Source: an uncultured delta proteobacterium | Lineage (GTDB): Bacteria > Myxococcota_A > UBA9160 > SMWR01 | NCBI GenBank assembly: GCA_963832165.1 | Contig: CAWHTE010000005.1 | Location: 36,850-100,849 of the forward strand | Direction of reading: 5' to 3' | DNA: 64,000 nucleotides | Part shown: positions 61,637 to 64,000 of the stretch, in pieces | Numbering within the stretch: position 1 is the stretch's first letter | How the letters are laid out: each line of letters begins with the position of its first letter | Position numbers and translations under genes: made by a program | The notes under the pieces: model-generated | Seen by the model: the letters and a program-made list of their open reading frames with translations, nothing else | What the model was told of the DNA's origin: nothing | The model's database searches: none

Positions 61637-63306
61637 TCACTCGGCGTTCGGCTCGCGGGCGTCGAGCGGCAGACGCACCAGGAACGCCGCCCCGCGCCCC
61701 TCGCGGCTCGTCACCTCGATCGTGCCGCGGTGATCGGTCGCGATCCGGTGGCACACCATCAGGCCGAGGCCCGTGCCGGCGTCGGGGCCCTTCGTGGTGA
61801 AGAATGGATCGAAAATCAGCTCGAGGTGCTCGGGCTTGATGCCCGGGCCCCGTGTCTCGCACCTCGATCTCCACGCCGTTGCCGTCCGGGGCCGGGCCCG
61901 TGCGCACGATCACCTCACCCTCGGGCGGCGTGACCGAGAGCGCATTCAGCACGAGATTCAGCACCACCTGGTGGATCTGATCGCGCGCTGCGACGATCTT
62001 GGGCGTCGCGGACTCCGCGCGCAGGATCAGGCCCACGCGGCCGAGTTCCGCCTCGCGGTGCAGCAGCGTCACGACTTCGCGCGCCACTTCGTCGGGCCCG
62101 AACGTCTCGTACGAGATCCCTCCAGCGCCGGCCTGCCCGAGCCGGCGCATCGTGCGCAGCAGCTCGCGGATGCGATCCACTTCCTTCACCGTCAGCGCGT
62201 GATACTCGCCCCAGAATTCGAGGTCGGCCTCGGCGCGCTTCGCGGGCGCCATCGCGAGGAACGTGTTGATCGCCACGAGCGGATTGTTGATCTCGTGCGC
62301 GAGACCCGCGGCGAGCATGCCGAGCGATCCGAGCCGGTCGGCCCGCCGGATCTGTTCGCGCGAGCGGCGCAGGTCTTCGACGAGGCGCGCGTTCTCCACC
62401 GCGATCGACGCCTGATTCGAGAGCCCCTCGATCAGCGTGATGTCGTCGGCAGTGAAGCGCCGGCCACCGCGGCGGTTGTCGACCGTGATCGCGCCCATCA
62501 GGCCGTCCTTGCCGAACAGCGGCGAGACGAGGATCTCGTCGGCCGCGACCTCCGATAGCCACTGCCGCACCACGTTCGAGTACTCGAGCAGGTGCTCGCC
62601 GCGCAGCGTGAGCGACATGCCGTCCTCGAGCCGCGAGACGAAGTCGTGCGCGTTCTCCACCGTGAACTTGAAGCGCTGCAGGCGCGAGGTCGATCTCGTC
62701 GGGCACCGAGGGAAGAACCCACTCGAGGGAGCGGTTCTTCGGGTTGCGCAGCAGGAGATTCGCGCCGTCGTAGCCGAGATCCCTGCGCATCGTGGCGAGG
62801 ATCAACGCGAGCAGCCGATCGAGCTCGAGCTCGCGGTTGAGCATTCCCGACACGCGGTTCAGCACCGTGAGCTCGTTCAAGAGCTGCGAGCGCTCGCGAT
62901 CGAGCGCGTAGGCCTCGATGCCGCGCAGCAGCGTGGCGCGCACGTCCTCGGGGTTCCACGGCTTCGGGATGAAGCGGTAGATCGACCCGTTGTTGATCGC
63001 GTCCTGGAGCGTTGCTGCATCGCCGTAGGCCGTGACCATGATCCGGATCGTCTTCGGATCGATCTGGGCCGCGCGCGCGAGGAACTCGGTGCCGGTCATG
63101 CCGGGCATCCGGTGGTCCGAGATCACCACCGCCACGGGCTGGGTGTTGATGATCTCGAGGCCCGCTTCGCCGCTCGTGGCGGTGACGATGGAGAACTCGC
63201 GCCGGAACGTGAGCTCGAAGATGCGCAGGTTCTCGGGCTCGTCGTCGACATAAAGGATCGGATACTCGCGCGGCTCGCGGAGCATCTCGGGGTTAGGCCG
63301 CATCAC
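61637..63306 (-). CDS. Hybrid sensor kinase REC-GAF-HisKA-HATPase (frameshifts near 62680 and 61840)
   Basis: LYVDDE, SDHRMPGMTG, KPW; ASIAVENARL; LAHEINNPL; NLVLNA, DTGPG, FDPFFTTK, GTGLGL. Confidence 0.9.
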
Positions 63307-64000
63307 GCCCCTCGCCGTTCGAGCCGGGGTGATCCGGCAGCGGGAAGCGCATCACCACGCGGGCGCCTTCGCCGTGGACCGAGCCGATATCGAGCGATCC
63401 GCCGTGCTCTTCCATGATCCGCCGGCTGATCGAGAGCCCGAGCCCTGAGCCCCGGCCGACCTTCGTGGTGACGAACGGCTCGAACAGCCGGTCGCGCACC
63501 TCGGGTGCCACGCCCGGACCGTCGTCCCGGATCTCCACGAGCACGGCGCCCTCCTCGGTGCGGGCCGTCACCCAGACGGATCCGGCCCCGCGCTCGGATT
63601 GTTCGAATGACTCGACCGCATTCTTGAGCAAGTTCAGGAAAACCTGGTTCAGGGCGCGCACATCGCCGCGGATCTGCGGGAGCCCCTCGGGGATATCCGC
63701 ATGGATCTGGACCCCAGCCGACGTCAGCGTGTGACCCATCAGGCGCAGCGTCGTGCGCAGTCCGCGCGCCAGGTCGACCGGCCCCCGGTCGCGGGACCCC
63801 GGTGCAGCGAAGTCGCGCAGGTCGCCCACGAGCGCCGCCGTGCGGTCGAGCCCCTCGGTGACGATGTCGGTGAGCTCGGTGAGCGTGGCCGCGCTCTCGT
63901 CGAAGCCGAGCTTCGTGCGCAGCGCCTCGAGTGCATCGATCTGGCGGCGCATCGCATCGGTGTCGCCCGGGTCGATCGCAGCCACCTGCTCGGCCACCTT
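63293..64000 (-). CDS. Sensor histidine kinase, C-terminal part (runs off window end)
   Basis: LNQVFLNLLKNA, DDGPG, FEPFVTTK, GSGLGL. Confidence 0.92.
   Translation of the reverse strand, partial: KVAEQVAAIDPGDTDAMRRQIDALEALRTKLGFDESAATLTELTDIVTEGLDRTAALVGDLRDFAAPGSRDRGPVDLARGLRTTLRLMGHTLTSAGVQIHADIPEGLPQIRGDVRALNQVFLNLLKNAVESFEQSERGAGSVWVTARTEEGAVLVEIRDDGPGVAPEVRDRLFEPFVTTKVGRGSGLGLSISRRIMEEHGGSLDIGSVHGEGARVVMRFPLPDHPGSNGEGRDAA

Overview
High-GC bacterial chromosomal segment, most genes on the minus strand. Gene content (MglA-like GTPase, sigma54 promoters, cdaA-cdaR-glmM-pdxJ-nnr-tsaE block) suggests Myxococcota or another former Deltaproteobacteria lineage; this is inference. It holds housekeeping blocks (miaB; ribBA; iscS-mnmA-rnc-era; lysC; tilS-ftsH-folP-cdaA-cdaR-glmM-pdxJ-like-nnr-tsaE; tRNA-Met), a copper-resistance cluster (P1B-ATPase, TolC/CusB/CusA, multicopper-oxidase remnant), B12-dependent acyl-CoA mutases (MCM+MeaB, IcmF), a PLD/YbhP/YbhN lipid operon, three GT-C membrane glycosyltransferases (one a clear protein O-mannosyltransferase) and two histidine kinases. 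Many genes carry single-base frameshifts, probably long-read assembly errors. No CRISPR array, rRNA or intact transposase was seen. Best leads: (1) a full-length PdxJ homolog that has lost nearly all catalytic residues but keeps its operon position; (2) a ~135-nt structured sRNA candidate with its own promoter, terminator and C-rich loops; (3) a catalytically dead serine recombinase; (4) a Cys-rich leader ORF ahead of the Cus pump; (5) an O-mannosyltransferase facing a Pro-Thr-tailed secreted protein; (6) REP-type repeats translated as the MnmA C-terminus just upstream of rnc. All family assignments come from motifs recognised by eye; no searches were run.
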